This document shows, one piece after another, positions 51,951 to 64,000 of a DNA stretch of 64,000 nucleotides (the first letter of the stretch is position 1; every line of letters starts with the position of its first letter). Location of the stretch: the NCBI RefSeq assembly GCF_022539665.2, contig NC_081333.1:10788001-10852000 (forward strand). The letters run 5' to 3'. The stretch is from Daphnia carinata. Taxonomy: Eukaryota. A program made the translations under genes and the position numbers. Below the pieces are notes generated by a model. That model saw only the letters and a list, made by a program, of their open reading frames with translations. It did not search any database and had not been told where the DNA came from.

Positions 51951-54900
51951 AAAATAGTCTTTCCCCCTTAGTTATGCAGTTTTGGAATAATATCGTCATC
52001 TCTGTTGTTCTAGATGTGAATGCATTTCCTGTACTGTTTTCTAATTAACAAAAAAAATATTTCATGATTACACAATAAAGCGTACAAGATCTCCAAGGAT
52101 ACTGAAGAGATCATAATGGAACTATTGAGCGTAATGCCGAGTTACAAGAGAATGGGGTATTTTATTCACGCTACCTATGCGAGTGTGTTATGCCATCCGG
52201 CTTGGATATCGTTTTGTCTGCCTTATAGTTCGTTCATGGAACAGAAGACCTGGAGATTGTGCATTGAAATCAATGGACTTTCTTATACACACTCGTTCGC
52301 ATCGGCTGTGTATACAAAATAGACGCTCTATGCATTACAGAGCGATGAGGTACCGACGAGAGCAAACCATCGTTCCGACAAGTGGAACGGCCGGTTAGCG
52401 TGTCGTGCCTTATCAGTTTTATTTATTTCTATTTCGGAAATAGTAATTTGATCTGAGCACATCAACCGCATTCCAAGCCGCAAGTGCTCGGCTAAAGGTT
52501 TGGCGGCGACGACAACAGAGAACACCCCCTAGCTACAAACACACGAAAAGAAGAATAAATACAATTGAGGATATAATATAAAAAAAAAGGTAATGAAAAA
52601 GAAAAGAAAAATGAAGCGGCCAACATTTTGTTGAATAAAATAAAATAAAAAATGGTGGAGGCAAACTGGGCGGTGTGTTGTTGTGTTGGATACCATTGGG
52701 TACTGTCCTGGTTCGACGGCATCGGTGCGATGACAGATGCGCGGCTGATGGACCGAGAGCGATCCATCATCATAGATTATCCTCTCGTCCGCGCGTCGTG
52801 TATTGTACATACACGCTTTGATCTTTCACGTTCTTTTCTTCGTTGAATTCTCTGTTTTATTTTTTTCAAAAACTGTTTTCCCATATACCACAGTTAACCG
52901 AAACACATCCAACTTTTTTGAATTTTTAAGCTGCGAAAGACGAATACGAATACGCAGCGAAAAATTGTTAGAGCCTTCACTATAAGAGGATGGCCAGGGC
53001 AGCTATTCATAAAAGAAATGTCCGGCTCTCTTTTTTTTTTTGTTTAGTTTTTATCCCATCATCTTTTTCTTATTGGAAGGCTTGCCTACTCCTTTTTAAC
53101 TCGCGACCGAGTTTGCGTGCGTTATCAATGAATAAATGAATGTATTGTCCGTTTTGAAAGGAAAATAAAAGTAACAAAAAATAAATAATAATAATAAAAA
53201 AAAAGAACAAGACGAAGATGAGGCGAACCCAGAAAAACATTCCAACACGGACACGTAGAAAGGGCGCGCTGAGCGAAGTCAAACCCCACTTGACTTGCAT
53301 CGGAATCGTATCAACGTCTTTCACTTGGAAACAAGGGAAGGGGGAGAACCGAGAGAAAAAAAAACAAAACAACAATAATAAAGGAAAGATAGACAGACAA
53401 GGAGGTGGTAGGCTACGATGTGTATAGTAGATGGGCGGATCCCGACCGCAATAGACACACGCTCTGTCGGTCTCTCCAAATCGGCATCCACCATTATCGG
53501 AATCCAACACACACACACAAAAAAGTCACAACAAAAGTTTTTGGATTGTTTTTTTGTTTTGTTTTTTTCAATGACGAAAACGGGCGTGTTTGAGTTACGA
53601 CCGCCTCACAAAAAAAAATGGGATGAATCGTCTTATCTTCTGAAAATTGAATTTCTTTTATGTAACATCCGTCACGGAGTTGGAGTTGAAACAAAACGCC
53701 ATAAGATTCCTAAACAATAGGAATTTTGTATATTTTGATTTGTTTTTTCGATTCTTCCAAACAAGTTCGCCATAACTTGCGATGTCCTAGCGGTTATTTT
53801 CTTATACATAACCGCATGATAATCTAATAAGGAAGGCAAAGGTGCGGGAATTTGCGCTCGGGTTCTGGTTATTCATTGCGCGGTCGTTGTCGTCGTTTTG
53901 TCGTTGTCGACGATCGTAAAAACAATGTGACGCAAAAAGAAAACGAATGGAATGTGTCTACACGCGTTGCGTTCACCCTGCGCGCGCGAGCGCATTCGGA
54001 GAAGAAGAAGAAGAAGAAAAAAAACGGACTTACGCAATGGCAACAACAAAGAAAGAAGGAAAATACACGGCATGTCAGGCGACAAGTGGGTCACGATCAT
54101 TCATCCCGACAAAATGGGAACTACAACTCATTTTTCAAGCACGAGAACCCCCCGGAGAAGAGCCGAACCCTCTTCTTTGCCCACACTTTAAAGGTTCTGT
54201 TTCGTTTGTTTTGTTTCTTTTTTTTAATCTCGCGCCTATCCTTAACAATAACGATGGTCGTTTTAGCCTTTAAATTTCTCCCAAGTACGGTATGTGTTCG
54301 TACACTATAACTCAAAACTACTGCACGTACAAATAGCGGACTATTAACGTGACATTTTTCTTTCGATTTGCAAGAACGACCGTCATCTCTGTGTCCTTTT
54401 TTTCGAATCCGTGTGTCGTCTTTTGGAACGCGCTGATTCTATGGGAAAAATGTCGGTAACCCAAAACAACCATCAATAAACGAATTGCTACAAATCCCGG
54501 CATTGTAGTCCGTGCGTTCAGTTTGTCACTTCACGTCCCATTTGAATGCATTTATTCTTCTTCCTAGAAAAAAGCGTTCCAGATTGCTTTTTGATTCTCG
54601 CCTTTTATGTAGACACAGTCCGAATCTTTCTCAATTTGGGAGAGGAGAAGACAAACCCAGGAACGGAGAAACGAGACGGAAATCAAAGGAAAAACACGCA
54701 CGGACACAGTGCACATGAAGACGGACGAAGAGAGTCGAGCCAAGTTTTATCGGTTTGCTGTGACTAACACTTGACATTCGATCTCTTTTACCACCCCCAA
54801 TTTTCTGTAGAAGAAAAAACAAAGATTTTCTTGGCAGGAGATAGAAGACGGTTGATGCAACAAGAGGCGGAAAGGTTTGTTCTATTCTTTTTTATTTGAT

Positions 54901-57650
54901 CCCGGAGGTCAAACGGTCTGGAAATCCAATTAGAATGCAAAGCGATTCGACTCGTCTTTCTTGTACAGTCGTGTGTCTGTCTCTTTCTTTTTTATTTTCT
55001 TGCTTGTCTATTCGCTTCCTAGATTTCTTTTTTCTTCTTCAGTTTCCATTTGTTTCGGATTCGAAAAGAATGGAATTAGTGCTCTGGCAGAATGAAGAAG
55101 AAGACTGAGAACTGTTGGAGAGATTGATAATAGACGCCCGTCTGAGCCGTTAGTAGAAGGAAATAGCAAGTCAAACAGACACGGAGAGAATCAAAAGTGC
55201 TAGTTGAATACTATGAATTTATCAAATTCATCACATCGTTTCAAATTTAAAAAAAAACAAAACAAATGAATTGTGCTGGAAATTCCTGATGCTTCAGTGG
55301 ACTGATCCGGGATGATTCAACACACCCACACGCGCAAGCAAAACATAATCGTAATAAAGAGTGTGTGGGAGCTATTTTTATTCTTTTTTTTTTCATTCTT
55401 AAAATTATTTTTGGAGTTTTTCTTCCCGTGTTGGTGGACGCTGTTAGATGCCCAGTGTGCGTTACTCACAGGCGAGAAATCCCCCTCAAAAATTTAAATA
55501 ATCCCCTAGACATTATGACAGATGCCAGCTCGGAAGGAGAAGAAGAAGGAGAGATGCCGATCATTTGCATGTCGTCCATTAGCTCTTCTTTTTTTATTTT
55601 TATTTGTGTGTGTGTGTGTGTGTGTACCGTTTCAAAGGAAAGAAAACGTAAACAGTAACACTGAATTTGATTTTTAATTTTCCTGGAACTGAAACAAGAA
55701 AGGAAACATAACAGAACGGGAATTTCCGATGAATTCATAATCACGCTTGCACGCAGGACCATAAGAGTTCCACGGAATCAATGCTCCAATTAACCGAAAA
55801 GAGCTTTATTGTTGCGTAGACAGCTTGAAATGCAGAAATTGAACTCGACCTCCAACACGGTCCGATTCTAAAAGCAAAAGAATTGCTGAGAGCTCCGAGA
55901 ATTCAAGATCTCTTTTCTCAGTTTCTGCAATTGAATTATTCCAAATGTTATAGAAAGGATAGCACAAGATAAACTAAAACCTTAAAAGAAAAATCACCAT
56001 GTTTTTAAACCGTTTTCATGTTACAGACCGAAACGTCTTAGGAGGTCGTGAGTTACCCAATGATTCCCTACTTCATTGCCACCTTCCCACAGATGCGCAC
56101 TTGGTCGATGGCGGTGAGAGAAAATAGATTTGAAAAGAGAAAATGATAATACCACGTAATATTCATTGGCTGCTGACTAGCAACAGTGGCTCCGGGTCGG
56201 TCACGATCCGTCGTGATTGAACTCGGTATACAACACGGTTTTTCTCTTTCTCTTTCCCACCTTGTTGTGTTGTCCGTTTGTTGTTGCGTGAACGGATTCC
56301 ATAGCTGATGGTGGAGTACCACCATCGAACAAGCGAAACATGGCAACGAGCGGCAGCCCCAACAAGCTTCCGTCCAACTCGAATGAAAATAAAACCAAGG
56401 AACAAGTTTCGATCGCAAATGGTAGTCGTTATAGCGGCCATTACGTACGACTCTGTACTATAACAGATTAGAGTTTTCTATATGGGCGAAACGAGATGGA
56501 AAGAAGGCAAAAACTGAACAATAAGAGAAATAGCAAACGAATCAAAAGGTATACACATTTTGGAAACATCATCGATCTTTTTTTTTGGGGCTGGCAGTCG
56601 GGAGCTCCTCGTTCGTCTCGACACCCTCCACCCCCACGCAGGACTACTTGATGATTCTTCGTATGCGTTTTTGCCAGTGAGAAGAGTCTTTTGTTTTTTT
56701 CCTTGTTTTACGTTTTTTTCTTTTTTTTTTTAAACCCGGATGAATCACTACGACGCTGGCACACGCACACGAAGCAACAGACAGACGACCATACGGAAAT
56801 CAAATGAGTAGTTGAGGCAAGAGGTTAGACCTCATCATCCGTGAATCCATCATGTCATTAAAAGTGCAGAGCGCAATCATCGCGCTAGGGAAATTTACAT
56901 CCGTTATCTCGTTGATTGAGTGAAATTCCAACCAACCAAAAAAGAAGAAGAAAATAACAACATCCCGGTTATTGTTCGTTTTCTCCATTTCGTTTCTTTT
57001 CTTCTTCACTACACCCATTCAGGGAAAAAGAAAAAAAAAAACATTCTTCAGCGTCTATATGCACGTCACAGGCGTCCAGCTCGGCGTGAATCCCGCCGCG
57101 ATTCCAGCAACTGCAACTCTTTATTGTGGAGTTCTTCAACTTGGCGAAGAAGAAAACAAAATAACGAAATCGGGCAATTTTCAATTCGAAATTCATTTTC
57201 GACAAAAGAGGAGAGAACGAACAAAAAGGATGAACGAACCAAACAGAGAAACGTGTTCACCCAAAAAAGCTAATACATCCCCTCTGTGTGAGTTAGTCTA
57301 ACAAAAAAAAAAAAAATATGGACTGAATTTTCATTTTTCGTGAAAAGACATGGACCCATAAGCGCTCCTCACAGCCTGACTTCATCATCATCATCATCAT
57401 CCATAGTGGTAGGTACGCACTATACGCACAGCGTTCCATAACAGAATGGGAAGAGCCTCTTTTTTTTTTTTTTTTTCTTTTACACGTTGGGTCTCGTCTT
57501 CTGAAATGGGGAAATAAATGGGAGAGAAGCGCCCGCTGCTGTGACCGAAAGGGTCAAATCGAGCCGATATATTATCAAGAACCCATTTTTTTTTTCTTAT
57601 TCTTTCGTCTGACTAGTGGGTCGTGCTTGCAGTGGGTTATATAGAGGCAA

Positions 57651-57751
57651 TATATATATATATATATATATAGGATGAGAGCGGAGGAGAAGGCAGAAAA
57701 CTCAGCAGGCGGTCAGTTAACACTTGAAAACTTGCGCGCGCGCGCGCGCGC
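57651..57751. repeat. (TA)11 tract (57651-57672) and (GC)9 tract (57734-57751)
   Basis: Direct reading. Confidence 0.9.
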
Positions 57752-60700
57752 CAGCCATCAGAGCTCGTAAACTTTCATTCTTTCCAAATAGCGTTCATTC
57801 ATTTGTATTATACCGGCGAGAAATATTTTTTGTCGGACTTTTAAGATGGGGGGGGTTTTCTCTTGGCCTCCAAGTCCCATCATTCATTGATATGAAATGA
57901 CGTTCAGTTTTCTTTTTCCCTTTTCTTCCTACACATTATTAGATGGCCCTATACTCATCTTCTTTTGTGTGTGTCTACATACACCTTCTTTTTGTGCGAT
58001 GCGTGTGTGGTGTATGTACGTTCTTTCGCCGGTGTGTTTAAAAGAGCAAAACTCTATTTTCGTTGCCATCAGGAACGAATTTGTTTTTTTGTTTTTTTTT
58101 CTCTTCTATCTTTTGCTGCTGCCCTTTTTTTCCCTCCTTTTGCTGAGATTTTTTTTTCTCTCGCAGTCCCGCGTGACGGATGGCGCAACGTGAGGGCTGA
58201 TGGCGAGAAAAACTCTCTGCGCGCATGTAAATCAGGAGAGCAAAGCGCTTTTATTTTTCCCACGCCATCCGCATCTCCATCTTCCATTCGGCCGTCGCTC
58301 GCGTGCCCATTCAACGGAAACGGAACAAAATAACTACAACACTTACATATATGCATATGCCGAGAGTAACATTGGCGTGCCATACCGTATCACCGAACTA
58401 TTGCAACACCAACCTCTTTTGGGGCCCTTTAAACCACCCGGCCGTTCACCCTCCTCTTTCCATCCCATCCATAAAAAAAAAAGAAAAAAGGTGAGAGAAA
58501 ATCCCAATTCCATCGCATTCCGGTTGGGTTAGCCTCGACTGGGCTTTTTGGGGTCGACCCCCATTCGAGCCCCCCGCGTGAAATTAATCAACGCGCACCG
58601 TAATGTAATTAAAACACCTGAGGGGACATGCTGGGCAGAGAGAAGGAGAAAAGAAAAAAAGAGAGAGAGAGGATCTCCTAAGAGCATCAAAGGTCAGCAT
58701 CTCGTACATCTCTCTGGCCGTCCGCCGCGCCCCCGGTACATACAGCATCGGGCCACGCGTGAGACATGATGAATTTATCACGGTGCCATGTGTCTGAAGT
58801 CATTCCATACACTGGGCTACGTCTTTGTTTTTTTGTTTTTTGTAACATATTTACCACCTTTTGTCTACGTGCAATACTTCTTGTTTCGGTTGAATTTCGG
58901 TATTGCACGAAGGCACAACTGTTGTTATGTTGTTATATAAAAAGCTGGAGGTGTTGTTCCAGCGGATGAAAAGAAAAAAACTTCAAAAATAAAGAAGGTG
59001 CACAAAACCAATTTTTTTGGTTTTGTTTTAGAGAGAGAGAGAGAGAGAGAGACATGTTTAATTCAATTCACTTCTCTTCTTCTCTTTTGTTACTCACGAA
59101 TAAGAACTATATAGCCGAAATGCAGTGGAGCTGTTGCGCCATCCATCAACGACGTGACCTGCACGCGCGCACTATAGACGTGAAAGAGAGACAAAAAAAA
59201 AAAAAAAAAGCTCAAAATCTGTTGAACATTATTCAAGCGTCGGTGTATAAATAAATGCAACTGAATGTTTTTCAAGTCGTCTATAAGCCCCATCAGAACT
59301 ATATTGATTGGTTGATTTCATTCATGTATTCATATCATATCTCAGCCGAAGATTCTCCGATCCTTCTTCCTGGTACCGCAACACTATGCCGCCTGATTAC
59401 TTACACATACCTGATCGCTATAAATATATATCAGCTAAATGAATTAGGTGCCACGAGGATGGTACTGTGCTCGGAAACAATGAGGTGCAGTACGAGCAAC
59501 AATTCTTACTTATTTTCGGCGCCGTGGACAGGCTTCTAGCCACGCAGCGTTCAATTTGCTGATTGTCCAAATTTTGTGATAAGCAAAAATTGCTTCGGCA
59601 TTCGTTTGGTTCGAATTGCATCACATTCAGTCCAATCTAAAAAATAAAAAAAAAAAGAGAGAAAGAATGTTCATTTCCATACGGTATGAAGCTCATCTGC
59701 ATTTTGATATCGGCAGGGACTATTGTTCGGCATTTCATGACTCCAAAAGTTTTACTAACTAACCAAGGCTCTAAACGGGAATTCTTACTTCAGCTGTTGC
59801 TTTCCTTACGTTGGCTATACGTGTTTGTTTTGCATATATTGCACCCTTGCCGGGGCGTAATGAACTAGCCCTAATTGATTCTCACTCTGTGTGTGTGTGT
59901 GTGTGTGTACGGCCGAAGACTATCGATCAGCCGCGGCGGATGTGGCCCATCCATCACGCGCATTCGATGGATGAACACCAACGAGCATACGCTTTTGTTT
60001 GGGCGACACACACGATGCAAATGAATTGAATGAAGAATAAAAAAAAAAACACAAAAAAAAAGGGAACCAACTATAAGGATAGGCGATGATTGGTTTTATT
60101 CATGGGCACTCATTATGAAACTTGCAGTTACGTCACGCTGTGCGTTATTCAAAAACGCGCCCGTGTGGTCGTCCCTGTCAATGTCGTGTGTTTCTTCATC
60201 GAACAATCGTTTGGTTGGGCCCTTTTTTCTTTTTCTTTTCCTAACGTGCCAGCGTAGGTGGTGTGAGGAGACACGATCGGCGTGAAAACCTGAATTCCAT
60301 TGATTTATCTTCATATCGAGACCGTTTTGATTGCTCGTTCAATTTCCTCATTCAAATGTGGCCTGCCTCGACCACAGCCGAAATCAGGCACTCTATACAT
60401 ATCCACTATACAATGCATTTATATAGTGTCTGCAAGAAAGAAGAAGAAGAAGAAGAAGAGAATGGAATCACAAATGTGTATATGTGGTATACGATTATTG
60501 GAGAACTGATTCATTTCGGTCCGCCGTAACTGTTCGATGCTGTGTACCGGTGTCTGTGTGATTGTTATTTATGATGTAATTCTTTTGGTGGTGTACAGAC
60601 AAAAAAAAAATATGCTCCATAGTTCTGTCTGTTCTGTGTCTGTTCTGCTTTTTTTGGGATGTACAGCCTCCGTGGTCGATGGCTTTTTCGTGATCCAGCC

Positions 60701-61312
60701 AATGGAATTCCGTTTCTCTTTGGACACTATATCGTCCGTTACTTCCACTTCTACCACTTCGTTCTACATGTATACGACAATCGAATGAATGGAACTCTTT
60801 TCACGATGTGTGTGATGGAGAGTTGGAACGCGTCGCTTTCAATTGGTTCCACCCATTCTCACACGAGCCAGTCTCGAAACATGAACAAGCACATTGAAAA
60901 GTGAACTTTTTTGTGTCGCAGTTGTCTCTCTCTTTCGTAAAAGGGCTGGGTTTAAGGTGACGTCATTTGGTACGTCTGCAAATAGAAAAAAAAATACATA
61001 TATACTTATATATGTTTTATAAGAAAAAGAGAGACTGGGGTCAGACCTCGCCAGTTTTTTAAAGAAAAAAGGGTTCGGAACAGTTGGAGAGTACCACTTG
61101 GCTTGTGCCATTCAATAAGGGAGGAGGAGGTAAAGAGACGATGCAAATATAGAAGAAGAGAAAGAATCAAAGAGCAAAATAAATAGTACCTGCCGGTTTG
61201 AACTAAACGTTGTCATCAATCAATCACAGCGAAAGCGTATGCGTGCATGGCTTATCCATTGCATTATGTAGCAATAATCTAGCACCATCCTCCTTTGACT
61301 GTCACGGGGCAG

Positions 61313-61328
61313 AAAATGACGTCATTTT
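61313..61328. promoter_or_regulatory. Perfect 16-bp palindrome AAAATGACGTCATTTT containing a CRE (CREB/ATF site)
   Basis: Read directly from the sequence; a second TGACGTCA lies 359 bp upstream at 60958. Confidence 0.35.
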
Positions 61329-64000
61329 AATGAATGTTCATTTTCTTTTTGATTCTTTCATTCTCGTTTTCTTATTTTTCTAAGCGGCGATTGATGGAGC
61401 CGAGAAACTCTCTTTGTTTGATGCCATTTTTTTTCGGTACATAAAAGAGAAATGACGGTCGTTGTTTGATGAGCTTCATCATCTTGTGGACCAACCCATT
61501 CCCCCCCCCCCCCCCTCTAAAGAAAACTGTATAGAGTCAAGTAAAAGTGAAAAGCTTAGTTGGCATGATATCCCCGTTGCTTTTAATAACCAGTGAATAA
61601 AAGAATCGTCTCCGTCTAATTGAAACGAATCACTAAAAGCTTTCTAAAACATTCGAACGGTCACGTTGGGCTAAATGGTATTTGTACGTGTTACACGCTG
61701 AAAGAAAAACCGCCGTCATTAACGTCGTCGTTTGTAGACTGGCAGCGTGTAAAGAGTATCGAATCCGAACGGTATCTAGGTTGATGTAGAAAGTTTTTCA
61801 TAGTTCACCAACCACTCGGACGCCAGAGAAACGTCTAGAGAAACTCTTTTTTTTAACTATTAAAACGCTTTAAAACGCAACAAGGGGAAATAAAAGAGGT
61901 TAAATTGCGAAAAAAAAAAGAAAGAGGGAGACGAGAAAGAGATGGATTACGTGGATCACCTTTTTCGAAGAAATAATCACGATACGTTATTCACTATAGA
62001 GTGCAGTAATAAGGTAAAGGGCAAGGTACAGGTCATTTTGGGTGCGTTCCAAAATTGAAAAAAAAAAATTATAATACCCGCGATGGTCAGGTGTGTTATC
62101 TATCCGTTGAAATGTACACTCTACGGAACATGCTGCTCTTCACACTGTATGTACAAAACCGTAGATTTCTTGGGATAGATACACAGAAAAGCGTAGCACG
62201 AACAAGAAAAGCCAAACTTTGCAAAAAAAATCGATGGGATTCAATGCTGTTTTTTTTTTGTTTTTTTTTGCCAGACGACAGAGACCCGATTCTTTACGTA
62301 TAGTGGCAGGTGAATTGCGGATGTTGTTCGACAACAAAAACATCGGCCGACACTCTTGCAGCCTGTGGCGGCTTTGCGGAATGCTAGGCAGGTCAACATT
62401 TAGAGAGAGGGAGAGAGAGAGAGAGAGAAAGAAGAAGAAAAAAAATATGAATAAGGACTTTTTTTTTTTGTAGTCGAGACAGATCTTTTTACCTTTCTCA
62501 CCTGTGTGTGTCGGCTCGCGCTGACAATGGAACAAAAGGGGGGCCATCGGCGAGTCAACACTTGTCGGCTCGGGAACCTGTCTTTTGTTAAAGGTGAGAA
62601 TATCTAAAAATTGAAATTGAAAAGCAAAAAAAAAGAGGAAAGATTGAACACAATCCAATCTCTTGTATTCACCTTTTTACCTTGTTGTTGGTTATTTATT
62701 TATTTATTTATTTTACATTTTTTTCTTTTTTGATTCGCAAAAAGACTGGAACAAAAGAAGACAGATGATGCCGATTTTTAGGGTCGAAGTTTGTGGATGA
62801 TATCCCGGTGTTTCTTTCCTTTTCCTTTTGCTTTTTTCTTAAAAATAAGTCTCAACAGATTTTCGAAAATGTGATAATCGTGCAGAAAGGAAAAGCTTTC
62901 AAAACAAATCAGGGATTAAAATCAGACGAGCAGCGCGCGTTCCATCTTAGATAATTCGTCCGCATTTGTTGACCTTGTGCTCTGAGAACCCCCCAAAAAA
63001 ATATATTTTGGTTTTGTCCCTTCCATTTTTGGGTGGGTTTTCTATAACGTAATCTGATTTCATTTTTCCTCTTGTGTGGTTGCCCTGCATGTTCCACTCG
63101 CCTGCGTTTACCCAAACCATCTAAGCCCTTCATTATTCCATTAGACTTTTTAAAGAATTTCAAGGCATTGAAAGATTAAGGTCTGCCGGAAAAGCTCCCA
63201 ATGGAAGAGGACGGTGATGACGGCCGAACGCTCCCGACAACAGCAAACAAGCCAGTGGTCGGGATCGATCAACTTCAACGGCTCGTTGAACTGGAAAACA
63301 ACAAGGAAAAAAAAGTTCAGTCAAGAGCAAAACGAGATGGATGGAAAGGAAGGAGCGGGAAGGAAACCGGATTAAATCGGATGGGGCGTGATGATGATGA
63401 TGATGATGCAAACCCAACGTCCTCCACGGGTGGACCTTGTATAGTTTGTGTAACATCCAAATAGATTAGAGTCACCGCGTCATCCATCTTGGTGAAAATG
63501 AAAAATGAAACACTTGATGAAATCCGATCTTTTTTCAAGGACTATTTGGTTTGAATTATTATTTGTATACGTAACGTTGATGTGATGTTTCACCAGTTGT
63601 TTGTTTAAACAAACAAAACAAAAAAAAAACTTCTTTGGGAATTTGATTTGTTGTCAGTTGATTTTTATGGAGGCCTATCGTAACGCATAGTTTACGTTTG
63701 AACAAAAAATTCACTTCGATTGATGCGAATGATTTCGAATCCATCACATTGACAGACCGGTTCAAATCTAGACCGGAATTACTGGAATGATGGATCGCCT
63801 TTAGGGCGGAATGTTTCCATATTATCCTCGTTTTTTTTTTTTTCTTTTTCTTTCTATCTCTCCCACCCTTCTCTCCTCTTTTTTCTTTTTTAAATGTAGT
63901 TTACCGTGTCTGTATGCATATTTATCTCTTACTTTTTTCTTTAATCTTTCGATTCTTTTTCTGTCTTTCCCATACCTGTGAGAAACCCAGGTGAAATTCT

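Noticed and set aside
7260..63765. Several hundred 60-220 aa ORFs rich in F, K, CV, HT, RE or SL runs
   Set aside because: They are translations of poly(A)/(T) and dinucleotide tracts with no domain, and many start at non-ATG codons.
63970..64000. Minus-strand CAG|GTATGG donor-like site at the window edge
   Set aside because: Too little sequence is visible to support an exon.

Overview
Eukaryotic, arthropod-type DNA, AT-rich and dense in poly(A)/poly(T) runs and microsatellites. The composition suggests a cladoceran such as Daphnia, but that is inference only. The only supportable protein-coding gene is a knirps-family (NR0A; kni/knrl/eagle-like) nuclear receptor on the + strand, with coding exon 1 at 1028-1105, a 4658-nt phase-0 intron, and coding exon 2 at 5764-7237. 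As assembled, exon 2 has a +1 frame discontinuity at the end of a CAA repeat (about 6877). This separates an eh1-like motif (FNIESML) from two CtBP-type motifs (PMDLS, PLDLT). The remaining ~57 kb has no recognisable gene. It carries three copies of an unrecognised modular AT-rich repeat (about 18.3-19.2 kb, 35.5-36.6 kb and 51.7-51.95 kb, in alternating orientation). The repeat contains a 32-bp palindrome seen in intact, centre-deleted and excised states. The region also holds an hsp27-type ecdysone response element match and at least six perfect CRE octamers. The other ORFs in the track are artefacts of simple repeats.
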